Assembly: GCA_963422645.2 (NCBI GenBank)
Contig: CAXXVO010000007.1
Span: forward strand, 736,001 to 800,000
From: Alphaproteobacteria bacterium
GTDB lineage: Bacteria; Pseudomonadota; Alphaproteobacteria; UBA828
Direction: 5' to 3'
Length of the DNA stretch: 64,000 bases
Position 1 is the first letter of the stretch. Each line of letters opens with the position of its first letter. Positions 40,919 to 50,963 of the stretch are shown here, in pieces. Made by a program: the position numbers and the translations under genes. Below the pieces are notes generated by a model. It saw only the letters and a list, made by a program, of their open reading frames with translations. It was not told the origin of the DNA and did no database searches.

Positions 40919-42424
40919 TTACGCGCACTTGACGGTGGCGATGAGCCGATCCGATGGGCTGGTCAGGGCTTCGATGATATTCCAGCCCTGCTTTCTGGCG
41001 GTGGTGATGACGCTGCGCAGGATGGCGAAGTTCTCGGCCCCCTGCGCGGACCGGAAGCCCCCGGAGATCTTCTGGCGCAGCTTCATCATCCGAAGGTCGC
41101 GCTCGGCCTCGTTGTTCGTGAACCCGACCTCGAGGTCGATCAGGAACCGGAGCACCGCGCATTTGTGGTCGCGCAGCCTCAAGGCCAGATTGTGACCGAT
41201 CCTTCGCTTCCGGCGCTTCTTCCTCTTGCCAGGCGAGAACGGTGGTTGGCTCTCGTGAAAGGCCAGCGCATCGGCGATGATCTCGTCGTATCGGCGCTCG
41301 ATCAGCGCCACAAGCCTCGCCGGAACGGCGATATCCTTGTCCAGCGCGATGCGGGCGGCGCGATTGGCTCGGCGCAGGAGCTGCTGCATCCGCCGGGCCC
41401 AAGCCTCCCCTTCGATGTCCACCAGCGCCTGCAACTCCCGCAGGTGATGGGCGTTGCACAGGCCGTGCTCCACCCCTTCCATCGCGAAGTACGGCTTCCA
41501 GTGATCGTGCACGACGATGCCGGAGACACCCGAGAGCAGGGCGCCGCGCTTGCCGCTGACCCGGTACGCCGCCAGCAGCGGCGTGCAGATCACATGAAGC
41601 CACTGCGTCTGACCGCCGATCCGCAAGCCGGTCTCGTCCATGTGTTTCACCCGCGCCGTGCCCGCCGCCAGGTCCTGTATGTGCAAGGCCGCGTCCCGCA
41701 GCCGCTCGGCCGCCCTCTCGCTCATCGTCGCCAACGTCGCAGCCGTCACCGGCGCGCCGAAGAGCTCGGCCATCACCTGCGACAGCCGATCCTCCGGCAG
41801 GAAGTGAGCGTGCTGAAGGTAGACCGCCACCCCGGCAATGCGCGGGCCGTACTGCACCGGCGCCGACACCCCGTCGGGGAACGCCGCCCGGGTCACCGTC
41901 CCGCAATGCCCGCAGCACTTGGCATGCGCCCGGTGCTCGGTCACCTCCAGGGGGCTCGGCTCGGGCAGATCGAACACCTGGCGGGCGACGGGCGTTCCCG
42001 CCCTGGCCGCGTCCGAAAGCGGCGAACCGCATCCCTTGCAGGAAGCCGGGACGTGATCCTTCACCCGATCCGGGTGATCGGCGCGGCGCAGCGTCTTGCC
42101 CTTGTGGCCGGGCTGGCCACCGGGCTTGCGGCCCGATTTGCCGCGCAGGCTTCGGGTTCGCCGCTTCGAATTCGGCTTCCTCAGCCCATCGCTCGAAGGC
42201 GGCTTGCCGCTGTTGCCGCTGTTGAGGCCGAGACGGCGCTCCAACTCCTCGATGCGCTCGACGAGACGCGCGACTTGCTCTTCCAGCCGCGCGTTCTGCT
42301 GCCGAAGCCAGGCATTTTCCTCCCGAAGCCGGGCGTTCTCCTCCTCCAGGCGGGCGATCTTCTGCGCGGGCGTTTCGGGCGCTGCTCCCGTCGAAGGGCC
42401 GCGCGGCGACTCGGGATTGCTCAT
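40919..42424 (-). CDS. IS66-family transposase
   Basis: NSGKPPSSD, GGQPGHKG, HMDETG, HDH, CNAHHLREL, TNNEAERDLR. Confidence 0.92.
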   Translation of the reverse strand: MSNPESPRGPSTGAAPETPAQKIARLEEENARLREENAWLRQQNARLEEQVARLVERIEELERRLGLNSGNSGKPPSSDGLRKPNSKRRTRSLRGKSGRKPGGQPGHKGKTLRRADHPDRVKDHVPASCKGCGSPLSDAARAGTPVARQVFDLPEPSPLEVTEHRAHAKCCGHCGTVTRAAFPDGVSAPVQYGPRIAGVAVYLQHAHFLPEDRLSQVMAELFGAPVTAATLATMSERAAERLRDAALHIQDLAAGTARVKHMDETGLRIGGQTQWLHVICTPLLAAYRVSGKRGALLSGVSGIVVHDHWKPYFAMEGVEHGLCNAHHLRELQALVDIEGEAWARRMQQLLRRANRAARIALDKDIAVPARLVALIERRYDEIIADALAFHESQPPFSPGKRKKRRKRRIGHNLALRLRDHKCAVLRFLIDLEVGFTNNEAERDLRMMKLRQKISGGFRSAQGAENFAILRSVITTARKQGWNIIEALTSPSDRLIATVKCA

Positions 42425-42610
42425 GTCGTTGTTGAGTCATTTCCCGAAATTCCCGTCAAGCCCTTTCCACCAACTCCGAACGAGAAACGCCTCAATCCAC
42501 GTAACTACCCAGGTACCCCGCCGCCAGTTCTGAGTGCGTGCTGATGTTGCTTGCCGTCGGTGCCGTTTCGCCGTCGGCGCGTCGTTGATCCCCGCTTGAC
42601 TGTATAGGTT

Positions 42611-43633
42611 CAGACTTCCTGACCTCGTGATGCTGGCTGTTCTGGGCAGCGTGCCGGGAACTCCTTGAATTCTGATACATTTCGGTTGTTTCAGGCGGTT
42701 TTTCGCTGGGTGTCGCGCCCGAGGTCTGATAGTATAATTTGATACCAATTGCACGGTCTCAACCATGCCCAGTACCCTCCCAATGTGCCCTCCAGAGGCG
42801 GTCTCGATCGGCAACAGCTGCTTCGCCGTCCTGATCTCGGACGACACCTTCACCTACTTTTCCAACCTCATTCCCTTTGACAGCCACGCCGCCGATGACC
42901 GCACGGCCATGCTCTTGCGGATCGGCCGCCTCGCGGCGATCAGCGCGGTCTCGCCGCAGGAACTGGCTGACGCTTTCGCTGTCTCGCGCGCGACGGTGCA
43001 GCGCGCACGACGGCGCTACCTGGCCGAGGGCGAAGCGGGGTTCATGAAGCCCCGGCGCGGTCGCGGGCCGTCGGTGTTCACTCCGGAGTTGGCGGAGAAG
43101 GCGACGGCGTTGCTGGCATCGGGCCTGAGCGGCTCTGCGGCGGCCCGGGTTCTCGGCGTGTCAGCGCCATCGGTCAACAAGTGGCGCCGTCAGGGACTGA
43201 TCGGCAACACGGAGGCGGATGGGGAGCCCGGACGCTCAGCGCTGGCTGCGCCGCCTGACGCGGGTGCGGCTCCTGAAGGCCGTGTCGATGAAGAGAGTAC
43301 CGGTGCCCCGGGGCCGGAGACGGCGCCGGGGCTGGAAGCGCAGCCGCAAACGGATCGCAGCGCGCGCGATCGGCGGGACCGGCAGGCGCCGATGGGGCGT
43401 GCGACTTGCGATGTTCCGGCTCGGGTTCTGGCCAGTTGTGGCCTCCTGCGGGTCCACATTCTTGGCCTCGCAAACGACGCCTGCGACCGTTGGATCGATG
43501 CGGTTCTGAGCGACCTGAACGCCACCGAAACGGTCTTCCCCGGCACCCGTCTGCGCATAGTCTACGACATCGACGGGGCCTCGGAATCCGCGCGGCTCGT
43601 GTCACCTAAAATCAGCAGAGGTCAGGAAGTCTG
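42611..43633 (+). mobile_element. Internally deleted, non-autonomous IS-X (1023 bp)
   Basis: 16-bp IRs; TSD AGGTT. ORF 42765-43634 joins the N- and C-termini of the 796-aa transposase in frame, without the DDE core. Confidence 0.9.
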
Positions 43634-43680
43634 AGGTTCTCTCGCCTATGGGTTGCACTCTCGCATGAGAGGAGCAGCCG

Positions 43681-44349
43681 GTGGGGTATTTCGGGTCGAA
43701 GGCGACGACCGGTCTGAGCCAGGCGCTGATTGCGCTGATGCCGCGGCACTCTGTCTATATCGAGAGCCATCTTGGGGGCGGGGCGCTGATGAAGCGCAAG
43801 CCTGCGGCCATGCGCTCGATCGGGATCGACCGCGACGAGCGGGCGCTTGAGGCCTTTGGCTGCGACTACCCGGTGGAGTTGGTGCACGGCTGCGCCCATT
43901 CCTTCCTGGCCTCGTTCCCGTTTCTGGGCCCGGAGCTGGTCTACAGCGATCCGCCCTATCTGCACGCGACCCGGCGTTCGTCGCAGCGCTACCGCTTCGA
44001 GTACGAGGAGGCCGACCACGTCGCGCTCCTCGAACTGCTCAAGGGTCTGCCCTGCCAGGTGATGGTCTCGGGCCACCCGTCTGCGCTCTATGACGAGCTG
44101 CTGGCGGGCTGGCGCCGGCTGGCGCTGCAGGTGACGACCCAGGCCCAGGTGCGGACCGAGGTCGTGTGGTTCAACTTCGCGCCTGACCGGGTGCACTGGG
44201 CGAGCTTCGCCGGCCGGAACTTCACCGAGCGCCAGTGCATCAAGCGCAAGGCGGCCAACTGGGGCCGGCGCTACGAGGCCATGCCGGCGGGCGAACGCCT
44301 GGCGGTGCTGGCCGCGATCATGGCCGTCGAGGCCGACGAGGGTTCGTGA
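43681..44349 (+). CDS. Dam-like (D12-class) N6-adenine DNA methyltransferase
   Basis: YFGSK, YIESHLGGGA (motif I), GIDRD, VYSDPPY (motif IV), MVSG, RTEVVWFN. Confidence 0.85.
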   Translation: MGYFGSKATTGLSQALIALMPRHSVYIESHLGGGALMKRKPAAMRSIGIDRDERALEAFGCDYPVELVHGCAHSFLASFPFLGPELVYSDPPYLHATRRSSQRYRFEYEEADHVALLELLKGLPCQVMVSGHPSALYDELLAGWRRLALQVTTQAQVRTEVVWFNFAPDRVHWASFAGRNFTERQCIKRKAANWGRRYEAMPAGERLAVLAAIMAVEADEGS

Positions 44350-45887
44350 CAGTGTCGCGCTGGCACGAGGACCTCGCTGCCCACGACGAGGCCTTCGCGT
44401 GCCTGCAGGACCTTTTCACCCCACAATCCTTCGCAATGACCGCCGTCAAAGCCATTCGGGAATGGGGCCAGAGGTTGCTGCGCCTGAGCGCGGCCCTGGT
44501 CAAGGAGAACGACGCGCTGGAGCGGGAGAACGCCCGCTTGCGCGAGCGGATCGCCGAACTCGAGCGCAGCGCCGCGCTCGACAGCACCACCAGCTCCAAG
44601 CCGCCGGCCAGCGACGGTCTGAAGAAGAAGAGCGGTGACCGGGAGAAGCGCACCCGGAGCCAGCGCGGCAAGTCCGACAGGCCCAGTGGCGGCCAGCCGG
44701 GCCACAAGGGAACTACCCTGGAGCGGACCGCGACGCCCGACCATGTCGTCGATCATGATCCGTCCGCCTGTGAGGGCTGCGGCGCGCCGCTGTCGGACGC
44801 TGACCGTCACGGAGCCCCCGTCTGCCGGCAGGTCTTCGATGTGCCCGAGCCGCAGCCCCTCGAGGTCACCGAACATCGCGGCCATCGTTGCCTCTGCGCT
44901 GCCTGCGGCACCGTGACGACAGCCGTCTTCCCGAACGGCGTGAGCGCACCGGTCCAATACGGGCCGCGCATCACCGCGTGGGTGACCTACCTGCTGCACG
45001 CTCAGTTCATTCCCGAGAAGCGGGTCGCCGAGGTCATGAGCGACCTCTTCGCGGTCAAGCTCTCAACAGCCACCATCGTCGCCATGGGAAGGCGCACCGC
45101 CCGGCGCTTCGAGGGCTTCCTCGATCGCCTCGCGGAGATCATCCGCACCGCAGCCCCAGTCAAACACCTCGACGAGACCGGCATCCGCATCGCCGCCCGG
45201 ACCCATTGGCTCCATGTGCTGTGCACCCCGTTGCTCACCATCCTGCGCGTCGCCACCGGGCGCAGCCACATCGACGAGAAGCTCAACGGCATCGTCATCC
45301 ATGACGACTACGCCACCTACTTCGCTCTCGAGGGCGTGCGCCACGGGGCCTGCAACGCCCATCACCTGCGCGAGCTCCAAGCCCTCATCGAGATCGAGAA
45401 GGAAGACTGGGCAACGAGCACGCACCGGCTCCTCATCCGTGCCAACAGAGCCGCCCGCTTCGCCCACAAGAACGACCGCGACGTGCCCGCCTCACTGGTG
45501 GCCCGCATCTCGCGAGCCTGGGACCGCATCCTCGAACGTGCCATCGCCTCTCACGAAGAAATGCCACCGCTCCAGACCGGAAAGCGCGGACGACAAAAGC
45601 GCCGCATCGGTCACAACCTCGCCCTCCGACTCCAGAAGTACAAGGAGGGGTGCCTGCGCTTCCTCACCGATCCGCGAACCCCCTTCTCCAACAACGAGGC
45701 CGAGCGCGACCTCCGAATGGGCAAGCTGCGCCAGAAAATCTCAGGCGGCTTCCGCTCGATACAAGGCGCCCGCGACTTCGCAAACCTGCGATCCGTCATC
45801 GCCACCGCTCGAAAACAGCGCTGGAATGTCCTCGAAACCCTGGCGCACCCCGATCCAATCCAGCTGATCCCCGTATTGCGCTTCTGA
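44346..45887 (+). CDS. IS66-family transposase
   Basis: SSKPPASD, HLDETG, CNAHHLREL, SNNEAERDLR; GTGA-coupled to the methyltransferase. Confidence 0.92.
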   Translation: MTVSRWHEDLAAHDEAFACLQDLFTPQSFAMTAVKAIREWGQRLLRLSAALVKENDALERENARLRERIAELERSAALDSTTSSKPPASDGLKKKSGDREKRTRSQRGKSDRPSGGQPGHKGTTLERTATPDHVVDHDPSACEGCGAPLSDADRHGAPVCRQVFDVPEPQPLEVTEHRGHRCLCAACGTVTTAVFPNGVSAPVQYGPRITAWVTYLLHAQFIPEKRVAEVMSDLFAVKLSTATIVAMGRRTARRFEGFLDRLAEIIRTAAPVKHLDETGIRIAARTHWLHVLCTPLLTILRVATGRSHIDEKLNGIVIHDDYATYFALEGVRHGACNAHHLRELQALIEIEKEDWATSTHRLLIRANRAARFAHKNDRDVPASLVARISRAWDRILERAIASHEEMPPLQTGKRGRQKRRIGHNLALRLQKYKEGCLRFLTDPRTPFSNNEAERDLRMGKLRQKISGGFRSIQGARDFANLRSVIATARKQRWNVLETLAHPDPIQLIPVLRF

Positions 45888-46045
45888 AATCCTGCGCTGC
45901 TCCGGGAAAGCGCCGCCTGACCCCTGGCTGGTCAGAACCATCAATCCATCACGTCCGAGTGCTCGGCAGAATCAGACCTGGGCAGTTACCAATCCACTGG
46001 CCCAAAATGACAAATCAGACGACCTGGGCAGTTACCAAAATGAAA

Positions 46046-46080
46046 CGCCCGCCGCGGGCGGCGACCCTTTGCGGCGGGCG
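46046..46080. repeat. GC-rich hairpin that originally lay just after the excisionase gene
   Basis: CGCCCGCCGC ... GCGGCGGGCG. Confidence 0.45.
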
Positions 46081-46100
46081 GAAATGGAAGCGAGCGCACC

Positions 46101-46520
46101 ATGGCCGATTCGCGCCGACGGGGCAAGCGATACCGAGGCAGGGTTTACGTGGCCTGTGCTCGCAACGGCGACGCGATATGGCACGTCCATGTCTGCGCCG
46201 ACCTGTTGGGCGCGTGCTTGGCCCTGGCCGGCCAGCCGGACGGTCATCTGTACGTCTATGGGCCGGGCGAAGGCGGGGCGTGGCGCGACTATCTGAGCGG
46301 CGGTCCCGCACCTATCGAGGGCGTGGGCATGTCGCGGTGCGCCGTCCCTATCGTCCCCAAAGTGGCACGCGACGCGGAAGCCTCACCCCGAACAGTGCGA
46401 CGCTGCATCCTGCGGACGCTTCGCGAGCGGGGCGGCATCGGCAACGACGTTTACGAGTTCCACGGTGTCAAATCCGGGCACGAGGCGCAACTCGGGAGGC
46501 GCCCGCGCCGCACGGCCTAG
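46101..46520 (+). CDS. Hypothetical island protein
   Basis: ORF co-oriented with the island genes; no motif recognised. Confidence 0.45.
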   Translation: MADSRRRGKRYRGRVYVACARNGDAIWHVHVCADLLGACLALAGQPDGHLYVYGPGEGGAWRDYLSGGPAPIEGVGMSRCAVPIVPKVARDAEASPRTVRRCILRTLRERGGIGNDVYEFHGVKSGHEAQLGRRPRRTA

Positions 46521-46897
46521 CCGGCCACGTTACCTGTGCGTCGACGCGATACCTGGGGCTGCCCAGGGACGGCACCGGGGCGCACGGGGGAAGGGCACAC
46601 CGGGGGATGCGTCAAACCCCAACCCGAGACCACAACACTCAAAGCGAGACCGCGAGCGCAAGCCGGAATCAGGGAGAGTGTGGGGGAGAGCGGGTGACGC
46701 GGCAGGCGGTTCCTGTCTAAGCTACTCCCATCTACGGGCGAACCGAACGGCCTCATGCCGTCGTGCCGTGGACGCCGTAAGCGGTGCCGGCTCCGGCCAA
46801 CGCATCCCCGGTGCAAGGGTCTACCCAGCTAACCGGCTGGGATAGACCCCGTGCGCCGTTTCACAATGCCTCACCAACCAACGCAAAGGGACAGGAC

Positions 46898-47158
46898 ATG
46901 AGCGGAGAGAAGAAGCCGAAGTGGAAATACATGATGTCTCCACGACCGCCGGTGCGCGGAAAAGTGGGGATTTGCATCAACGAGGAAATTACGCCTCCCG
47001 AAAGGGCGCTGGCGTATTTGGACGCGGCGGTCAGGGAGTTGACGGACGAGTTGGCGTGTTATGCGGAGAAAAGCGAGCGGCACGACAAGGTGCAGGGCTT
47101 GCTTGATGAGACGCGTCGGATCAAAGATGACGTTGAAGATTACGCGGGCAAGGGCTGA
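46898..47158 (+). CDS. Hypothetical island protein
   Basis: AGGA before the ATG; helical-looking C-terminus. Confidence 0.5.
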   Translation: MSGEKKPKWKYMMSPRPPVRGKVGICINEEITPPERALAYLDAAVRELTDELACYAEKSERHDKVQGLLDETRRIKDDVEDYAGKG

Positions 47159-47240
47159 CCCCGTGGGACCCCTGCGGGCGTGTGGCCGGCCCCTTGGAGA
47201 CCGTCGGGGTGGAGTTGACAGGCCACACAGGAGGTGAGGA

Positions 47241-48746
47241 TTGAGCGCGGCGCTGGCGGCCTACATCGGCCAGTTGACGTTGACGGGTGGCGACCATGAC
47301 GGCGCGCCGTTCACGGTGCTGGGATGGGAGCGGCGGTTTCTCAAAGGCGCCTTCGCGAAGCCCGGCCCGGCTGCGTTGTCCGTCGCGCGCGCCAACGGCA
47401 AGAGCGCATTGGTCGCGGCCATCGCCACGGCCATGGTGGACCCCGGTGGGCCGCTTCACGGTCGCCGTCGCGAGGCCGTTTGCGTGGCGTCATCGTTCTC
47501 GCAAAGCCGGATCATCTTTGAAGACGTGCTGCATTTCCTGCGGGAGCGTCACGACCTACGCGACCGCAGGACGTGGCGCCTACAGGACAGCGCGAATAAT
47601 GCGATCATCGAACACCGGCCATCCGGCGCGCGAGTGCGGTGCATCGGGAGCGATCCGGCGCGCGCTCACGGCATGAGGCCGGCCCTGGCCCTGCTAGACG
47701 AACCTGCGCAATGGCCTGCGAACACGTCCGATAGGATGCTGGCCGCCGTCCGCACCGGACTGGGCAAAGTGCCAGCGTCAAAGCTGATCGCCTTGGGAAC
47801 GCAGCCGAGCGACGAGTCGCACTGGTTTGGCCGGATGCTGCGGGGTGGCGCGACCTATTGCCAGCTGCACGCGGCACGGTCGGACGATTCGCCCTTCCAA
47901 GTGCGGACGTGGCGCCGGGCCAACCCATCGCTCGACCATCTGCCAAGCTTGCTTGCCGAGCTTCGCGAGGAAGCGCAGGCGGCGAAGGCGGACCCGTCCA
48001 TGCTGGCAGCGTTCCGCGCCTTGCGGCTGAACCTTGGCACTTCGGACGTGCTGCAAGCGATGCTGCTGGACGCCGGCACGTGGCAAAGGATCGAAGGAAC
48101 GGCCGCCAGAGACGGCCAGCTGGTCTACGGCTGTGATCTCGGAACCACGGCGGCCATGAGTGCTATCTGCGCCTACTGGCCCCTGAGCGGACGCCTAGAA
48201 GCCGTGGCGGCCTTCCCTCGCGAGCCGGACCTGCGCGAGCGCGGCTTGCGCGATGGTGTTGGCGGGGCATACGCGGAAATGCACAAGCGGGGAGAACTGA
48301 TCCTTGCCGGCGGCCACGCGGTCGATATCTCCGAACTACTGCGGGCGGCGCTCGACCGATTCGGCCCGCCGGCCGCTGTCTCGGCTGATCGCTGGAGAGA
48401 AGGCGAATTGCGCGACAGCTTGAAGCGGGCGGGCGTGCCGCTCGCGGCCTTGGAGCTTCGCGGCCAAGGCTACCGAGACGGCGGCGAAGACGTGCGGCTG
48501 TTTCGTCGTGCGGTCGCGGAAGGGCGCGTGACTCCGGTGCCGTCCCTGCTAATGGTCGCGGCCATGGCGGAAGCCCGGACGATATCGGACCCCGCCGGCA
48601 ACGCGAAACTCGCGAAGGCGACGGAAGGCGGACGGCGCTTCAAGGCGCGGGACGATGCAGCTGCGGCCAGCATCTTGGCCGTGGCGACAGGATCGCGCCG
48701 ACAAGCCCGGCCTGTTCGCGGGGCATATCTTGGCAAAACGGCGTAA
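47241..48746 (+). CDS. terL: Phage terminase large subunit
   Basis: ARANGKS (Walker A), LLDE (Walker B), WRRANPSL, GCDLG, ADRW, RDDAAAA; GGAGG RBS. Confidence 0.85.
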   Translation: MSAALAAYIGQLTLTGGDHDGAPFTVLGWERRFLKGAFAKPGPAALSVARANGKSALVAAIATAMVDPGGPLHGRRREAVCVASSFSQSRIIFEDVLHFLRERHDLRDRRTWRLQDSANNAIIEHRPSGARVRCIGSDPARAHGMRPALALLDEPAQWPANTSDRMLAAVRTGLGKVPASKLIALGTQPSDESHWFGRMLRGGATYCQLHAARSDDSPFQVRTWRRANPSLDHLPSLLAELREEAQAAKADPSMLAAFRALRLNLGTSDVLQAMLLDAGTWQRIEGTAARDGQLVYGCDLGTTAAMSAICAYWPLSGRLEAVAAFPREPDLRERGLRDGVGGAYAEMHKRGELILAGGHAVDISELLRAALDRFGPPAAVSADRWREGELRDSLKRAGVPLAALELRGQGYRDGGEDVRLFRRAVAEGRVTPVPSLLMVAAMAEARTISDPAGNAKLAKATEGGRRFKARDDAAAASILAVATGSRRQARPVRGAYLGKTA

Positions 48747-49023
48747 TCATCCCGCACATTCTGATAAAGCGCGGTGGAAAAAAACCCGCTTGCGTGTCCT
48801 AAATCGTGACGGCTGGGCGTGCAAGACATGCGGTAAACGCGGGCGCTTGGAGGTAGATCATATCACGCCGGTTGCGCGGGGCGGCGCAACTTGGGATTTA
48901 GAGAACTTACAGGCGTTGTGTCGCAACTGCCATTTTCTCAAGTCCGCAGGCGAGCGGGAGAAGCCTAACAAAGAGCGGGCGGCGTGGCGTAGACTTGTTG
49001 AAGAACGTCTAGCGAACATTTAG
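48730..49023 (+). CDS. HNH endonuclease (packaging type)
   Basis: RDGWACKTCG..EVDHI.P...GG..WDLENLQALCRNCH. Confidence 0.88.
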   Translation: MAKRRNHPAHSDKARWKKTRLRVLNRDGWACKTCGKRGRLEVDHITPVARGGATWDLENLQALCRNCHFLKSAGEREKPNKERAAWRRLVEERLANI

Positions 49024-49056
49024 AATCGCTCCATCCTCTAACGATGGAGCATTACC

Positions 49057-50274
49057 GTGACCCGCAAGCAAAAGCTGGAGCTTCGCGCTTCTGAAATTCG
49101 CACGCGGCTCGCCGAGCTTGGCGGGCTGGAATCCCTGGAAGACGAACAGCGCGCCGAGCTAGACCGGCTGCGAGGCGAGTACGGCGACACCGAACGCCAG
49201 ATCGGCGCGCTCGCCATTGCCGACGATAAGCCCGCCGAGGCCAAGAGCGAAGACCGGCAGTTTGCCGAGCTTCGCGGCAAGGTGAAGGTCGGGAACTACT
49301 TGGCGGCGGCCGTGGAAATGCGCGGCGCCAACGGGGCGGAAGGCGAGTTCAACCAAGAGGTCGGAATCGGCCTGGACCGCTTCCCGCTGGAACTGTTGGC
49401 CCCGGTCGAGGAACGGGCCACCACGTCGACCGACGGTGCGGTGGCGCAACAGAGTTGGCTTGACCGGCTCTTTGCCGAGACCGCAGCGGCGCGCATCGGC
49501 CTCACCATGGAGTCGGTCGCGCCGGGCATCGCAGCGTTCCCGGTCACGACCGCAGGCGCCACGGGTGCGCAGCGGGCGAAGGAACAGGACGCGGCGGCGG
49601 CTGCATGGACGGTCGGCGTCACGGAACTGAAGCCGACGCGCAACGCCGTTCATGCGACGTTTGTCATGGAAGACACGGCGCGCCTGCCCGGCCTGGAAGA
49701 CGCGTTGACGCGCGATCTGCGCATGGCGCTCACAGACGCCATCGACAAGACCGTGTTCCTTGGCGATTCCGGGGCCACCGGCACCGACGCCGACATCACC
49801 GGACTCACCACGGCGGCCAACGTCACCGAACAGACCATCACCCAGACGAACAAAGTGAAGGGGCCGGAAACCCTCACGGCGTTCTCCGGTCTGGTCAACG
49901 GGATTCACGCGACCGGATTCGGCGACCTGCGCACTGTGGCGACCGTAGGGGCGTGGCGGTTGTGGGAGTCCACCGTCATCAACTCGGCTGCGGACAACAT
50001 GACCCTGGGCGCGTTCCTGCGCACGGCGGGCCTGTCGTGGTCTAGCCGGGGCGATATCGAGGAAGCCACGTCCAATAACAAGTTCGGGGCCTTCATCGGG
50101 CGCGGCCGTGGCATCGGCGGCGCGGGCGTTGTGGCCGTCTGGTCTGCCGGCCAGTTGATCCGGGACCCGTACAGCGGGGCCAAAAAGGGCGAAATCGCGC
50201 TGACCCTCAACTATCTGTGGAACTTCGGGCTGCCGCGCCCGGCCAACTTCGCGCGCATCAAGTTTGTTACCTGA
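49057..50274 (+). CDS. HK97-type major capsid protein
   Basis: Coiled-coil N-terminus, AQRAKE, DKTVFLG, IRDPYS, RPANFARIK; located in a head-gene cluster. Confidence 0.75.
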   Translation: MTRKQKLELRASEIRTRLAELGGLESLEDEQRAELDRLRGEYGDTERQIGALAIADDKPAEAKSEDRQFAELRGKVKVGNYLAAAVEMRGANGAEGEFNQEVGIGLDRFPLELLAPVEERATTSTDGAVAQQSWLDRLFAETAAARIGLTMESVAPGIAAFPVTTAGATGAQRAKEQDAAAAAWTVGVTELKPTRNAVHATFVMEDTARLPGLEDALTRDLRMALTDAIDKTVFLGDSGATGTDADITGLTTAANVTEQTITQTNKVKGPETLTAFSGLVNGIHATGFGDLRTVATVGAWRLWESTVINSAADNMTLGAFLRTAGLSWSSRGDIEEATSNNKFGAFIGRGRGIGGAGVVAVWSAGQLIRDPYSGAKKGEIALTLNYLWNFGLPRPANFARIKFVT

Positions 50275-50705
50275 TGGCCAGCATCCTCCTATCAGGGCCG
50301 GCAGGGGCAGCAAAATCTGCCCTTGCCCGGCGCATTCTGGCGGAACATCCGCAGCTGGCAGTCATTGCGGATTTTCAGCTTGTCTATCGCGCGCTGACGG
50401 ACGTGGAACGCGGGCGCGACGGCCACTATCCGTTGCGCGATGACCGGCTTTTGCCGCTCACAGAGTACATGCGGCGGGCCGTTATCACGGGCGCCATCGG
50501 TCGAGATATCGACGTGATTGCGACCAACTCTGACGGCGACCCGGCCCGCCGTGAGTTCCTGCTTGCGCAGCTTGGCGACGGTGCATCGGAGCGGATCGTT
50601 GACCCTGGCCGTGCCGTCGTGGCGGCCCGGTTGGCGGACCCGCAGACGGGCGACCTGTCGCCAGAGTGCGACGCGGCCATAGGCCGCTGGTACGGGAGAG
50701 TCTGA
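50274..50705 (+). CDS. Small P-loop-like protein
   Basis: ILLSGPAGAAKS; coupled to the capsid stop codon. Confidence 0.6.
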   Translation: MASILLSGPAGAAKSALARRILAEHPQLAVIADFQLVYRALTDVERGRDGHYPLRDDRLLPLTEYMRRAVITGAIGRDIDVIATNSDGDPARREFLLAQLGDGASERIVDPGRAVVAARLADPQTGDLSPECDAAIGRWYGRV

Positions 50706-50706
50706 T

Positions 50707-50794
50707 ATGGACGAACTGCGATGCGCGCTCGAATGGCGCGCCGACGATAGCCGGCAGTCTCCCGGCCGCCTGATCGGCCGGCTGATCGAGTATG
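50707..50794 (+). pseudogene. Probable prohead protease N-terminus truncated by IS66
   Basis: MDELRCALEWRADDSRQSPGRLIGRLIEYG, then an IS66 IR at 50795. Confidence 0.55.
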
Positions 50795-50963
50795 GTAACT
50801 GCCCAGGTCGTCTGATTTGTCGTAACTACCCAGGTACCCCAATCCTGAGTTGAGGACGGTGATTATGGCGGCGGCCGCGGTCTGGTTCTGCCACCGCGAT
50901 TGGTTCTTGACCTCATAGAGTTGCGGGACTATGGACTGCTCTCTCGCGTGACGGGAGCGGTCC

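Larger units (their letters stand above)
42501..45989 (+). mobile_element. IS66-family element B carrying a DNA adenine methyltransferase
   Basis: GTAACTACCCAGG / CCTGGGCAGTTAC IRs; 8-bp TSD CAATCCAC (42493-42500, 45990-45997). Confidence 0.88.
40651..46035 (-). mobile_element. IS66-family element A (single transposase ORF), containing nested IS66-B
   Basis: GTAACTGCCCAGG / CCTGGGCAGTTAC IRs; 8-bp TSD CAAAATGA (46036-46043; the left copy is split by IS110). Confidence 0.85.
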
